Shown here piece after piece: positions 12,432 to 33,829 of a DNA stretch of 64,000 nucleotides (positions within the stretch are counted from its first letter, which is position 1; each line of letters begins with the position of its first letter). The notes beneath the pieces were generated by a model. That model was not told the origin of the DNA. It saw only the letters and a program-made list of their open reading frames with translations, and searched no databases. The translations under genes and the position numbers were made by a program. This stretch comes from Amoebidium appalachense (taxonomy: Eukaryota; Protista; Ichthyosporea): contig CAVNZM010000011.1 in assembly GCA_963693365.1 (NCBI GenBank), forward strand, positions 7,739,937-7,803,936, in the 5' to 3' direction.

Positions 12432-15400
12432 GTATGACTTCATCTAGATTTGTTTGTTGTGGATGTCTGGTGCTGAATGGGTAATGGTGAATGCGAATGA
12501 GAGAGCGTGTGTGTATAACTTAGTAGATTGTATGACTTGATTCTTCTGTTTCCCTGTTCCCTTTCATTTCTTTTCCCCTTTCTTTTCTTTCCTTCCTTCT
12601 TCTTCTTTTAATTTTTTAATTGTTGTTCTTTATTTGTTTATTTTCGATATATATTGTGTGTGTGTGTGGGGGGGGGGGGGGGGGGGGGGGGCTACTGCAC
12701 TGGAGAAGAAATGATATGCAAGCTGACTTCCTTTTATGCAGCGGATGTGGGAAAGATGCCACCTGATCTGCTCAAGACATGGGTGGCCTTCAAAGTGGAT
12801 GCAGTCACGTAGGTGCCCCCGGGGGGTGGGGTGGGCGGCGGCGTTGGGGGGAGGGGGGGGGAGGGGGGGAGGAGGGCGTGGTAGGTAGCGGTGTGTGTGA
12901 GTGTGGGGATGTGTGTGTTAGTGTGTGTGTGTTAGTGTGTGTGTGTGTTATTGGTGGTGTGTAAACAACTGTACACATGAACTGTACATGTTTACTAAAG
13001 AATGTGATCTACTAGCACACGATTCGTGCTTTGTCATGAATATCACATAAATATTATGTCCGCACCAATAGGACTCACTCTGACCTAAGAATTGAACCAT
13101 ATATGGTTCTTCAGCTGCATACCACATAAACGAAGTGAACCAATAAGAGGTTTGCATAAATAGGACAAAGGTCTGACTGGCTCGGACCGCACCAGAATCA
13201 CGAATGGCATGTTGCCACCCGCGCTGGCCGCGGATGAACCAATCCTGGGCCTTGATCCGAAACCTGGGGGCTATATAAGAAAGCCGTCCCAGTACGGGGA
13301 TCACATCAGTGAAGTCTGAGACAGACTGAGTCGGCCCATAGTAAAAGCAACCTGGCCGCGTGTGCCTTTCTACCCGTTCTCTGTCTTTATTTTGATTCAG
13401 TTGTACTCTGCCTTATCCTAACTAGTCCAACTGTTTACATTGGCGACCGCGCAGTTCAAGAATCTCGCATCCTTCGAATCTCACATCTTTCAATCAGTTC
13501 AAGAATCTCACATCTTTCAATCAGCTCAAGAATCTCCCATGGCCGATCACAATCCTTTTTACCCCGATGATAGGCACATCTTTCCTTGTCCGGCTTAGAA
13601 TATATACACCTACAAGTTTGAAGTGGCCAGCCCACCTACACGGAAAGAATTGAAAGCATGTAAAACTTCTTTTGCTACGACACATCAAAAATGTGAAGAA
13701 AAACGAATACACAACGAAACAACGAATACACGAACAAACGAATAAAGAATTGCTAACGAAACAATGAACTGACGAAAAACGAACCATCACGAATACGCAA
13801 TGAAATAAAGAATTAACGACAAACGATTGCATAGAGGAAATACGAAATGAATGCAACACGAAAACAAAACGAAGTAACGAAGTTATCAAACGACAAAAAA
13901 CGAAAAACGAAAGCAAAATGAACTGGAAATACGAAAATGAAAGGACGAATGCACAACACTGCTTGGGTTGCAATGCACACAGCCCCCTCTATGTTAGGAA
14001 GAAAATAAAACCGTTGCCCTTGCGTGCATTGCCCTATTGCACACTGCCATCGTGTCCATGCCACCGCATGCACGTCCACACTCGCAAGCCAGATGCACGG
14101 CCACTTTCAGCACAAATGCACTTAACGAAGAAGATAGTCGCTGTTGCTATAGCATGTAGGACCTAAGATCTTATGAAAGTAGTGTTGCATGCATGCTTCG
14201 AATCCCTTGCTGTTCTCGAATACAGCATGCCCCATAGTTTAGCGCCCAGGATGCACAACATGCGCATGAATGTATGCTGGCATGCCTAAACACATTACGA
14301 ACATATGCCTGACTCATGTATGGCGGCCCTTCCTGGTGCCACGCCCTAACGAATTTGCACTCTTGGTGCACAAAAGGCATGTAATAAAGTCGATGCAGAA
14401 CTTTTGTTCATGCATGTGAAAAACAAAGAAGGTGTTGGGTACGAATTTTAAGGTGAATGCCCGTCTGTGGCAATACGGTGTAACATACCAATTACACTGT
14501 CAAGCCTTGCACTAGCTGCCGGCACACCCCCACCAGAACAAAAGAATGTGGTATGGGCACCGCTCCCTCACAACCCCATCATACAGTGTCAGTATTTTGG
14601 CTGGAAGCCTTTCAGTTTCGAATTACGAATACCCTCCTTCACTACTGAAGAAAGTGACGTGGAAGACAAATACGAATACGAATGCAAGGTGTTGTTGACT
14701 AACACATCGGACCATCATGTGTACCTACTAGGCCCTGGTACGGAGGTGACCATGTTATTCCCTTGCAATATGATGACACTGTAACAATTTAGCACGTGCA
14801 TACCCCACCAATGGGCACATGCGGGAGACAACCCCACAAGCTGCCTTATTGGGCACCTCTGCTAAAACGAATATTCTTCTCACGAAGGAACAGAAGAATG
14901 CCACGAACACGAACCACACACTCACCAGGCAGCTACTTACATCTAATGTATGTAAGAAGTAGGGTGTGTGAACGGGGTAACTTCATGAACACCAACACGA
15001 AAGAAAGCACAGCACAAAGCAGTTCCACGAATACGAATGGTTTTGGTATTCCACACAACGAACAGAACCTACAGTAGGGCCACCTACAAATGAAGCAGAG
15101 GATGGGGCACCATCCAGACCTGCACTGGAGGATATGAAAACACGAAGCGCGCTCACGAAGTTGCTTACAAAAGAAAGGGCGACTCCGACGACTTTTCTTT
15201 TTAGGCCAAGCCTCCAGAAGAATGTATTATGCCTGGAATCCCCCTGCTCAACGAAAATGGCTGGCAAATGGGATACGAAAACTGCTCACGAATGGAAGCA
15301 TGTGTTTTCTGAAGGAGGCTTGCTTTGCCTACCCTCTTCTTATGAATTATGAACCGGGCTTTTACTGGTTCTGACGGGTGATATATTTCTTTATGTCGCC

Positions 15401-17421
15401 CAACGAAGAACACTTGGGCATTTTTATTCTGTTTTTCCCAGCTCCGATGATGCAGGGTTAAAGCTGAAAGGAAAGAAGTGCTCTTTGTTCATGAAAGAAG
15501 TGGCTTTTCCGGCCATGGTGACTCGCCTTACAGTCTTAAGGTAGAACCGGGATAAGGAGCAGCGGCTAAGCCTTGAAGCTATCCACCACTACCTGAGCTA
15601 CGAAGTGACCTAAGGCTCGAGTTATATTCATTATCGAATGTTTGGTATGATCATTCATCCACACAACCAAATTACTCGCAATTGAAAACGAATCTGCGGG
15701 AGTATCCTAAAAAGGAAAAATTCCCAAAAAGGAAAATACTACTTCTACAGAAAAGCCAAGCACAGAGACGAAGGCTTAGCGAATTATTCGCACGCACACT
15801 CTGCAACAATCTTCGCCACGAAAATGAAATCACAGAAGAATGCTGCATGAATTTACGTTTTGGCAAATGAAGAAGTGCTCATAGACGTGCACAACTCTAT
15901 TCCACCGTCCTTGCTCTGTTCTGTCCAGCAGCTCGGCACACACAAGAATTCTCGCTGAAGGTTGTTTATCGCCTCTCAGCCTGGTGGTTTGCTTGTCTAA
16001 CGACACCACCAGGCTCCCGACAAGGGGGGAGTGTAAACAACTGTACACATGAACTGTACATGTTTACTAAAGAATGTGATCTACTAGCACACGATTCGTG
16101 CTTTGTCATGAATATCACATAAATATTATGTCCGCACCAATAGGACTCACTCTGACCTAAGAATTGAACCATATATGGTTCTTCAGCTGCATACCACATA
16201 AACGAAGTGAACCAATAAGAGGTTTGCATAAATAGGACAAAGGTCTGACTGGCTCGGACCGCACCAGAATCACGAATGGCATGTTGCCACCCGCGCTGGC
16301 CGCGGATGAACCAATCCTGGGCCTTGATCCGAAACCTGGGGGCTATATAAGAAAGCCGTCCCAGTACGGGGATCACATCAGTGAAGTCTGAGACAGACTG
16401 AGTCGGCCCATAGTAAAAGCAACCTGGCCGCGTGTGCCTTTCTACCCGTTCTCTGTCTTTATTTTGATTCAGTTGTACTCTGCCTTATCCTAACTAGTCC
16501 AACTGTTGGTGGTGGTGGTGGGGGGGGGGGGGGGGAGGGGGGAGGGTTGAGCGAAAAGGGGGAGGGGGGGAGGGGGGGGGTGTATGAAGGTGTGTGGGTG
16601 CGTGTGTCTGTGGTGGTGGTGGTGGTGGTGGTGGGGGGGGGGGGGGGGGGGGGGGGGGGAGAGGGGGGGGGGCAGATGTGTGTGTGTATGTGGAGTGTGT
16701 GTGTGTGTTTGGGTCAGTGTATCTGTCAGTGTCTGTGTGTGCGTGGATCCGGCCGGGGCCCTATTGCACCCCACGCGCAAACATTATGGACGCCGGGGGG
16801 GGGGAAGGGGGAGGGGGGGGGGGGGGGGGTTGTGAATGAGTGCTGGTGTGTTGTTGTGTTCATGCCAGGGAGAGGGAGGTATGGGGGTGGAGAGTTATGT
16901 GCATATGACTAACAGCCCGTCCCCCCCTTTACTTCCTTCCCCCTCTCCCCCCTGGGGTCTCCCCCATTGCAGCACTTTAGAGAACTCGACGGTCAAGCCC
17001 TACAGCGAGCTACAAAAGGTATACACCCTCCCTGCTGGCACCAGGCACAGCACATAAAGTAAACCTAGCTGCCTGCCTGTAATATTTTCAAAAAAAGGGA
17101 CAAAGGAATTAAAGAAATGTTGAAAGAGTATCAGACCCGCATACGGGCAAAACTAATGTGCTGGTTGTTTCACAGTTGTTTGTCCCACCATGGTCCAATA
17201 ACATCATTCTTCAATACACATGACCAAATTCCTGTGTTTTTGAGGTTTACCGGCTTTGATGATATTAGACACACAACATACATGAGTCGGGAGAGAAGAC
17301 AGAACGGGGGGAATCAGAGGAAATGTCAGAAGGAGGCATAGAAGTCGGGTTTCCGATGGTGCATGTTGTGGATTTCCTTGTTTTTCTTCTCTCTCTTTCT
17401 TTTTGTTTCTTCTTTTTACCT

Positions 17422-17457
<36 letters not shown>

Positions 17458-17798
17458 TTTTTTTTTCCCTGTTTGTTGTTTTTTCTTGTCTTTACATTTC
17501 AGCTTTCAGATTGAATAGAGGTGCTGGTGTGAGACCACCTTCTTAATCTTCATAGACTAATCCACCTCATCCCCCCCCCCCCCCCCCCCCCCCCTCCCCC
17601 CTCCTCCTCCTCCTTCTCCCCCCTTCCATCTTCACACCCCATTCACTCACACATTCAACACATGACCGCACAACACACACATACCCACTTACTTAAACCA
17701 CACACCGCGTCAGCACACACACACTTGCCTGCACGCGTGCACACACACACACACACACACGCACACACACACACACGCACACACACACACACAAATAC

Positions 17799-17891
<93 letters not shown>

Positions 17892-18413
17892 GCGCGCACG
17901 CACGCACGCACAGTGGGGCTTCGAGACGATGTGTAATGTAGGAGCCAGGGATGATTTGGACCGTCGGAAAGATGAGTTGGTTATGCTAGACCTTGCCGGA
18001 GGTCCCCTTTTACTCGTGAAGACCCCCCCCCCCCCCCCCCCCCTCCCCGCGCCCCCCTGTCCTCCCCCTCCAAAAAAAAATAATAAAATAAAAATAAAAA
18101 ACAAAATGTTCCCGTGCTATTCCTATGGCCGCCGCCAGCCCCACCAGTGGTATTAGCAATTGACACGCGCTTTTTTGACTGAGATTTTACGGGTTTTTTT
18201 TTTTTGCATAACAATCAGGCTGGTTTGCCGGTTACAAGGGTAAAAGGTGGCATGTAACTATCTCCCTGAATACTATCTCACAAATATCTCTCCATCCCCA
18301 CAGGTCAAGTCTGAGCTGCACCGTCAGGGTGTCAACTTTCCAACATTTCCCCTCATCGGCTCCATGTGGGAACAGGTCCGTCTCTTGCCCTGTCCTCCTC
18401 CCCTAAAGCTTGG

Positions 18414-18445
<32 letters not shown>

Positions 18446-18482
18446 TTTGTTTGTTTGTTTGTTTGTTTGTTTGTTTGTTTGT

Positions 18483-18534
<52 letters not shown>

Positions 18535-18607
18535 CTCTTGTAATTTTTTTACGTTTTGTGTTCGATCTTCCGATGTCTTCACTTCTATGGTCCCAATCAT
18601 TTAGTGC

Positions 18608-18640
<33 letters not shown>

Positions 18641-18905
18641 AGGGCGATTTGAGCTCAGTCCACCTTCCCTTCTCTGTCCCTTTTTGAGCTGATCACAGCT
18701 TTTGATGCTCATAAACATCTGGGCACGTAAGCCGCGAAACTCACGTGCAGGTACTGTGTGCATGCAGGTGGGGACGGAGGGTGTTGAGATGGATGGGATC
18801 TGCTACATGGCTACGGCCATGGGCTTTGCCTGCTGGGGCAGCCCAGACAACGTCACCAGGCACATAGCCCAGCCACCACCACTGGACCCGTGGAGATTGG
18901 CCTGA
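11954..18905 (+). CDS. Anp1/Mnn9/Van1-like glycosyltransferase (GT62), multi-exon, 5' part not located
   Basis: Phase-compatible GT-AG exons 11954-12062, 12742-12808, 16973-17018, 17914-18015, 18304-18375 and 18768-18905 give [55 protein letters not shown] and [27 protein letters not shown], matching Anp1-family motifs. Middle exons are less certain. Confidence 0.75.
12960..13439 (+). repeat. 5' LTR (480 bp)
   Basis: TG...CA ends with an 8-bp terminal inverted repeat; TATATAA at ~13272; AGTAAA poly(A)-like signal at ~13340. Confidence 0.95.
13441..13454 (+). promoter_or_regulatory. Primer-binding site, probably tRNA-Arg
   Basis: TGGCGACCGCG is complementary to a ...CGCGGTCG-CCA 3' end as in eukaryotic tRNA-Arg(TCG); it lies 1 nt after the LTR. 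Confidence 0.7.
16032..16507 (+). repeat. 3' LTR, lacking the terminal TACA
   Basis: Matches the 5' LTR up to ...CCAACTGTT, then runs into (GGT)n. Confidence 0.95.
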
Positions 18906-20336
18906 AGTGGTTTTATTACGAAGGATAGAGGTGCTTTTATTGTTGTTGAGAAGGGATTGATGGATATTGGTTTTGAATGAAAGCTCCCTTGCGTACACAC
19001 ACATGCAAGACACACACACAAACACACGCAAGCGTATACACGGGCACACGAAGAGATGCACACGCACGCACACTGGCGTTCACACATACCGAAACACACA
19101 CACACACCTGGAAGCCGTGTGTTGGATTTGCAAATCGTCTCGTATCCCCTGTGTGGAGATCGTAACACATGTCCACAGTGACCCACCACGGGCATACGAG
19201 AACATACATTCAACGATGTGTTGTGGATACTAGGGGTATTTTTTCCCCTATTTTTCGTTGGTTGGTTAGTTTTGTTTATGGTTACACGCACTTACACGCA
19301 CGCACACAGACACGCACACACACACGCGGCGCGCACGCGCGCGCACACACACACACACAAACACCACACACACACACATGCACACACACATGCACACATG
19401 CACACATATGCACACACACACACAAACACACACACACACTAGCTCACCAATACCACACAAAATGCAACACGTGTCATGTGTGGCACTCTCCTTTACTTAT
19501 TGCCGCTTGCACCTGTATTTGTTAGCACCTAAATTGTGTGAAGGTCTGTTTGATATTGAAGGTAGCGCTTATGCAGTTGACCTGCCCAACCGAATGTGTC
19601 TCCAAAGTAGGAGAAATGTTTTGCACATATGTAGTATATATGAAGTAGGTCGAATAGTGTCAAGCTGCTACTGATTTATACGAATAAATATATGTTGATA
19701 ACGCCTTCGTGTTGCACTGTGGGCGTATGTCAATATCAAGCAGTTTACTGCATAATACCATTGTAGATAGTGATGTAAATTTGGTCCTGTGGGCATGCCC
19801 ACATGCATTACAATTAATTGCGAAGCATCCATGTAAAACGTTGCATGGAAGTTATGGTGTTCAGCTGCAACAGCATTATGGTTATTCAGGCGATGGATAG
19901 CCATTGTAGTAATTACCTCACCAGATTCATACCTTGACCAATGTTGAACATGTGTTGTGTTGTGTTTGTAAACGTCGTGCACTGATCAGTGTGTTGGAAG
20001 GTTGTGATTGCGCAAACCAGGTGGATTGCGCAAACCCGATCAGAGGCTTCTAGAACACCGTCGTTAACAGCTTTGCGAATATTCTCATTAACTTTAGCCA
20101 ATCACCGTCTTTGCGAATATTCTTATGACGTAAACACGCCCACTCTACCGCGCGCGACTAAATGCGACTAATGAATTTCCGGCCGCGCCCAGAGGGGTGC
20201 AAATATCGATTTTACGTTTTACGTTCCGCTTGGGCTCTGTGTGCTTTTAGCCCCGTTCAGAATTTTCCCGCCAGGTCAAATGGACTCTGCACGTAAAAGC
20301 TACAAGAGTAAGGTACAAAGCAGTGCCGGCGCAAAC

Positions 20337-21809
20337 ATGGGGCTCTTCGCTGGTCTGGTCATGCGCCCAAACAGGGTCCCAGAGATGCAGGCGGTCATTC
20401 AGGTGTGTGCATGTGTGCGTGTGTGCTTGCTTGTGCCGTGTGCGCGTCCCGTGTGCGTGTGGACGTGTATGTGTGAGTGTGCGTATGGGACCTGGGAACG
20501 AACAGACAGCCTATATGGGTGTGGGAGGATTTTTGACAGTTCTGTGGACGATGTTGAGCACATGTGACACACACGCACAGCAGTGGGGAGCTACTGGTTC
20601 CACACAAGCTTTCATGTCGCCTGTGGGAGATGCGATAATTGGTGAGAAACAGCTACTTCCGAGATACAACGCTCTAAACGCAGTTTTTTTTGCTTTTTTT
20701 TTGGACCGCGGGGATTCATAATCACGGACAAGGGTTCAAAGGGCTACAGGACACAAAGGGTGGCTTGATCTTGACACGGGCCGACCAGCATGCCCTTCCC
20801 ACGGGCACCTTCGTTCGGTTGTTACGTTTTGGGTTTCAAACAGCCAGCACTGGACGTGGTGACTCATATGTTAGATCTAAAATAAGTCCAGTGAGGATTG
20901 CACGAGTAGGACAGGGTCAGGGGGCACTTTTTTGTCACAAAAATGTGCTGCTATTCGACCAGAGCACTGCTGCAGGGGATGCTCCTAAATCATCAGTTTG
21001 TGCATCCGTAGCATCCTGGAAACGGGCTAATTTCCTGGACTCTATTATAGGTCAGGACGGTTTGTTTGGGGATAACGTGTGGGCAGGGGGGGGAGGGAGG
21101 GTGCATCACTTTGGATGATCTGGTCTTCGAATTATTTTTGTCTCCCTCCTTTTTGGGAGCAATGGGGAGAAGGGGAGGGGGGAGGGGCTCTGTTGGTCAT
21201 GACACAAACATGTGGACAATAAACATAAAGACGAACAAGCTTATTTGCATTTGTGTGCATGCATATGTAGAATAAGAGGGAGATGGTTTGGTGTTGGCAC
21301 TGGGATCTGCACATGCCTGCACGCACACTTGTAAGCGCACGCATATGCATGTTGCCCAAGCTATCTTGTGTAATATGGTCTTCTTTCTGTCTGTTATGCA
21401 TGCATATCCTCCGAGGGTCACATTCTTGTATACTTGCGGGTGCACATGGGCGAGCGAAGGCTTCCGTAAGTTTTTGTTAGTCACCCGCTTCTTCTAATAA
21501 TGTCATGCTCCCCCCCCCCACTCCTCTCTCCCTCCATCCATCCCTGCCCCTGCCTCCTCCTCCTCCTCCTCCCGGCGCCTGTTTATACACGAGCTATCCC
21601 GCCCCGCCCTTTTGTTGATGTTTTTTGCCTCCCTTGATGATGTGCTTCTCTTCTGTTGGGCTTTACCATGGGGTCTCCCTATTCTTTCGTGCGCTCACTG
21701 ACTGGCACCTTAGCGCTGTGTTTTGGATGTTGGTGTATAGAGCTGAATTTCTCAATCTACCCCTCCCCCTCCCCCCCCCCCCTCCCCCCCCCCCATTCCC
21801 TCCCCTGTT

Positions 21810-21844
<35 letters not shown>

Positions 21845-22382
21845 TGAGGATGCGCTACGTGTATGTTGCATTGTTAACTATCTGTTCCTGATGTTGCATA
21901 CTTGAATGTTTGATTTGCTGTTGTCTGCACTGTTTCTCGTCGTGTAGCAGTGCTTCGTACCCTGTTCCACATCCCCCCTCTCCCCCCCGTATTGGATCAT
22001 CAAATTGTTGAGCGTATGAAAAGCACAGGATGTTCCGAATATCATGGATATAATTGGAGCTTGTGCTGCCCTGTTATGCCCCCTTTGACCAACTGGAATA
22101 CTAATTATCTCAGGCTATTTATGTTCTTATAATTGACTTATCAATATTATCCCCCCCCCCCCCCTCTGATCAAGACGGGTGACCTACTCATGTTCAAGTG
22201 AAACAGTATCTGAGTTGGGTTTCGTTAACGAGGGGAATAGGTCGGAACTCGGGTACTGTGGATGACGTGGGCCCCCCCTGAGGATGGGCTCTGCTTATTA
22301 TGCATACTCTTTATGTATGGCTTGCATTCTGCATCGTGTTATCCGTTTGTTCTTGTGTACTTCGTACTTTTTGACGCATTCA

Positions 22383-22457
<75 letters not shown>

Positions 22458-22676
22458 ACGCATGGACACCTCATCATCCGCGTGTGCGCACCTTGCACAC
22501 ACACACACACGCATACACGTACACAGAACAACCCGCATGCCGTGCCCGTCTACAAGCTGCTCCCCGGTGATGCGGCCGTCAACCGCGGCATTGGCCTGCT
22601 GACCGTTGTGGGTGTGGCCTGTGTGCTCTACGGCATCGGCTCCATGGCTGTCGGCGCCAACAAGAAGAAGAACTAA
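20337..22676 (+). CDS. COX7A: Cytochrome c oxidase subunit VIIa (Cox7), 2 exons, 71 aa
   Basis: Exons 20337-20402 and 22527-22676 give MGLFAGLVMRPNRVPEMQAVIQNNPHAVPVYKLLPGDAAVNRGIGLLTVVGVACVLYGIGSMAVGANKKKN: N.VPE.Q...Q..PV motif plus one TM helix. An in-frame upstream ATG at 20280 is also possible. Confidence 0.85.
21843..21972 (+). repeat. Dispersed repeat family X, diverged copy
   Basis: CCTGAGGATG...ATGTTGCATACTTGAATGTTTG...CTTCGTACCCTGTTCC matches the reverse complement of 29816-29950; C runs on both sides. Confidence 0.7.
22165..22384 (+). repeat. Dispersed repeat family X, long copy
   Basis: Shares GGGCCC..CCTGAGGATGGGCTCTGCTTA and TACTTCGTAC...CGCATTCA with other copies; flanked by poly(C). 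Confidence 0.75.
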
Positions 22677-23725
22677 ACCATTCACTGTTTGATGCACCAA
22701 CCGCCTCGCACCGTTATAAATTTTAACACAGTTAAAATGTGTTTGTGAGGACAGACGGTGTGGTTGGAGGTGCGGGGTGAGACGGTTGTGAAAGGGACGC
22801 ACTGGCGGTGTCGAAATTTTACCGGCGGACGGCTAATAAAACGGGGGGAAATCAAAACCCAGTTCTGTTGATATGATGTCGTGTGTCCTGTGCCACAGTT
22901 TCTTTCCACTTTTTCTCTTGCCGTCTCTCTTCTCGCCGCATTTGGTCAACGCGTGCGTGCGCGCGCCTGTACCTGTGTGTGAGTGTGTGCGCGCGCATGT
23001 GTGCCTGTGCGTGCAGGTGGGACCGCAACATGCAGTGTCGCAACACTTGCACTTTAAACTAGGGACATGTCCAGAGCTCTATTGTAGAACTCGGCATGGA
23101 CACGAAGCTACAGGCCCTAGCATGGGGCATGTCTCCGTAAAAAGGGCCAGGCCACTGTGCAACTTCAACTTATATGGTCTTATGTTTTATATTTGGAGGA
23201 AAGATTTGGTTATGTTGTGGCATGCAAAGCTCCACACTCTCTAGATCTGTATTGTTGTGCATGCAATTTGCATGACTGTGAGTCAACACATCATGTTATG
23301 TGCAATACCAACATGTTTGTCATGCATCAAAGCTCTAGATAGAGGAGGTGAACATGCCCCATTCAGCACTCTGCAGGCAAACCGAACGAACAGCATGCAC
23401 TTCACAATTACAAGGGAATTCTATAAGGTTATCACCATAAATAGGCAAAAACAATCATAGCATCGCCATATCGGTGGCGCTCACTCTTGCAAAATTGATA
23501 TGTGTATACTGATATATCCAATTGACATTGTTTGACCTCAGAGAGGGCAAATCTTCTCAATGCACACAGTGCAGTGCAAGAATACATGCATATGTACTCA
23601 CGTATCTGTACGTTACTTTCACCTACTCGCTGCTATATAAAATAAAAAAAATCGTGCAATAGTCAACAGTGAAACACGCTCGTGTACATGCGCCATTCAT
23701 CTATTTTTAGTCACACACGTCTATT

Positions 23726-31332
<7,607 letters not shown>

Positions 31333-31475
31333 GCTCTCCCTGATATATACAGCTTCCGGCTCCGCTTGGATATCTTTACTATACCCCTTCCCTCTGCCCT
31401 GGATAATTGAAAGGCCAACTGACACACTGTGTGACACCAACTCCTTCACTGAGACTGACTGTGTGCATGTACACG

Positions 31476-31793
31476 CAGGGATCGAAATTCCCGAAAACGT
31501 TTGGGAATTTCCCAAACTTTCTTCTGGATTCCCAAAGAACCTCCGCGGTTGGGGGGGGGGGGGGGGGGGGGGGGGGAGGGGAGGGGGGAGGGGGGGGGAG
31601 GGGGGAGAAAGGGCCCCGGGGGAGGGAGGGAGGGAGGAGGAAGAGGGAGAATGGAGGGGGGAAGGGGGAGGGGGGATAGGGAGGAGGGAGGTCTCATGTA
31701 GTGGATTAGGTGGACTGTGGCTAGCTGTGGGTGAATACTAGTGCGGCCGCGGCCCCGGGGGCCCGGGCCCGGGCCGGATCGGAAGGGGAGGGG

Positions 31794-31827
<34 letters not shown>

Positions 31828-32030
31828 ACCGGTAACTGCGAGCCGTGAGTGGGTACTAATATTACAGTGGGCCACTGGGGCTTGGAGGCGGGGAGAAGAG
31901 TCGTATGTGCATATGTTTTTGTGCACAACCACGTCCAGATTTTCCCAAACACTTTTCCCCAAGTTTTTTCAGAAAAATCCAAACAGCTCGGACCCTACCC
32001 AGAAGTTTCAAGAACAGATTTCGAACCCTG
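31476..32030. mobile_element. Non-autonomous hAT-type MITE (555 bp)
   Basis: TIRs CAGGGATCGAAAT / ATTTCGAACCCTG (12/13 match); perfect 8-bp TSD TGTACACG at 31468-31475 and 32031-32038. Confidence 0.9.
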
Positions 32031-32109
32031 TGTACACGTGCTCACAAAATGTCTGGTATGCGTAATCGGTATGGCTCACGGCACTGGTTGGATAATCGCG
32101 CACCATTCT

Positions 32110-32121
32110 TTTCCCGCCAAA
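32110..32121 (+). promoter_or_regulatory. E2F-consensus site
   Basis: TTTCCCGCCAAA, ~190 bp upstream of the ATG at 32301. Confidence 0.45.
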
Positions 32122-32300
32122 TGCCCAGCTCCGTACTCTGGCTAGAACACTGGCTTGAAGTCCAAGCATAGCCCACAGTTTGGTTTAGTACTGGGTAACA
32201 ACAAAGGTCAATTTAGTGGCCTGTGTAGCATGCTTTTCTCGCGGTTGATGGTTTGGTACGGCAGGGCACGGAACAGCGAGCACGTACGTAGAATGTGCTG

Positions 32301-33338
<1,038 letters not shown>

Positions 33339-33829
33339 GTGACCGACCACTTGAGATCCCCTGAGGAAGAAAGATGAAAGATGGTTTTTTTTGGTTGAGT
33401 AGCCAGAAAGGGGACGGAGGGCGGGATGTTGGGGCAGGATGTGTCTGTGTGTGTGTGGGGGGGGGGGGGGGGGGGGGGGAGGGCGGGGAGGGCGGGGAGG
33501 GGCGGGGGGGGTGGTCACACACCTACAACACACACGCACACGCCCGCATGCACACATTCACACGCGCACACAAACACACATACTTGCTTATTGACAGTCT
33601 CACATATAGAGAGGGGCAGGGTAAGAGTGGAGAAGGGGGGGGGGAAGGAGGGGGGGCACACACTTACAATACACACGCACATGCACGCACGCACGCTCAA
33701 TTCACACGCACGCATGCACACACACACACACACACATACTTGCTTATTGACAGCCTAACATGTAGGAAGATGCGTGGCAGCGGTGGAGAGAGGGGGTGGG
33801 GGGGGAGGGGGAAGAGAGAGAGAACATAA

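Larger units (their letters stand above)
12960..16507 (+). mobile_element. Non-autonomous Ty3/gypsy LTR retrotransposon inside an intron of the Anp1-like gene
   Basis: LTRs at 12960-13439 (TGTAAACA...TGTTTACA) and 16032-16507 look identical by eye. PBS TGGCGACCGCG at 13441; PPT AAGGGGGGAG just before 16032; frameshifted RT remnant [19 protein letters not shown] at ~15452-15508. Confidence 0.95.

Noticed and set aside
12948-13304. 118-aa ORF duplicated at 15966-16376
   Set aside because: It is an antisense reading of the two LTRs, not a gene.
20690-21118. 142-aa ORF inside the COX7A intron
   Set aside because: No ATG start and no recognisable motif; probably decayed repeat sequence.
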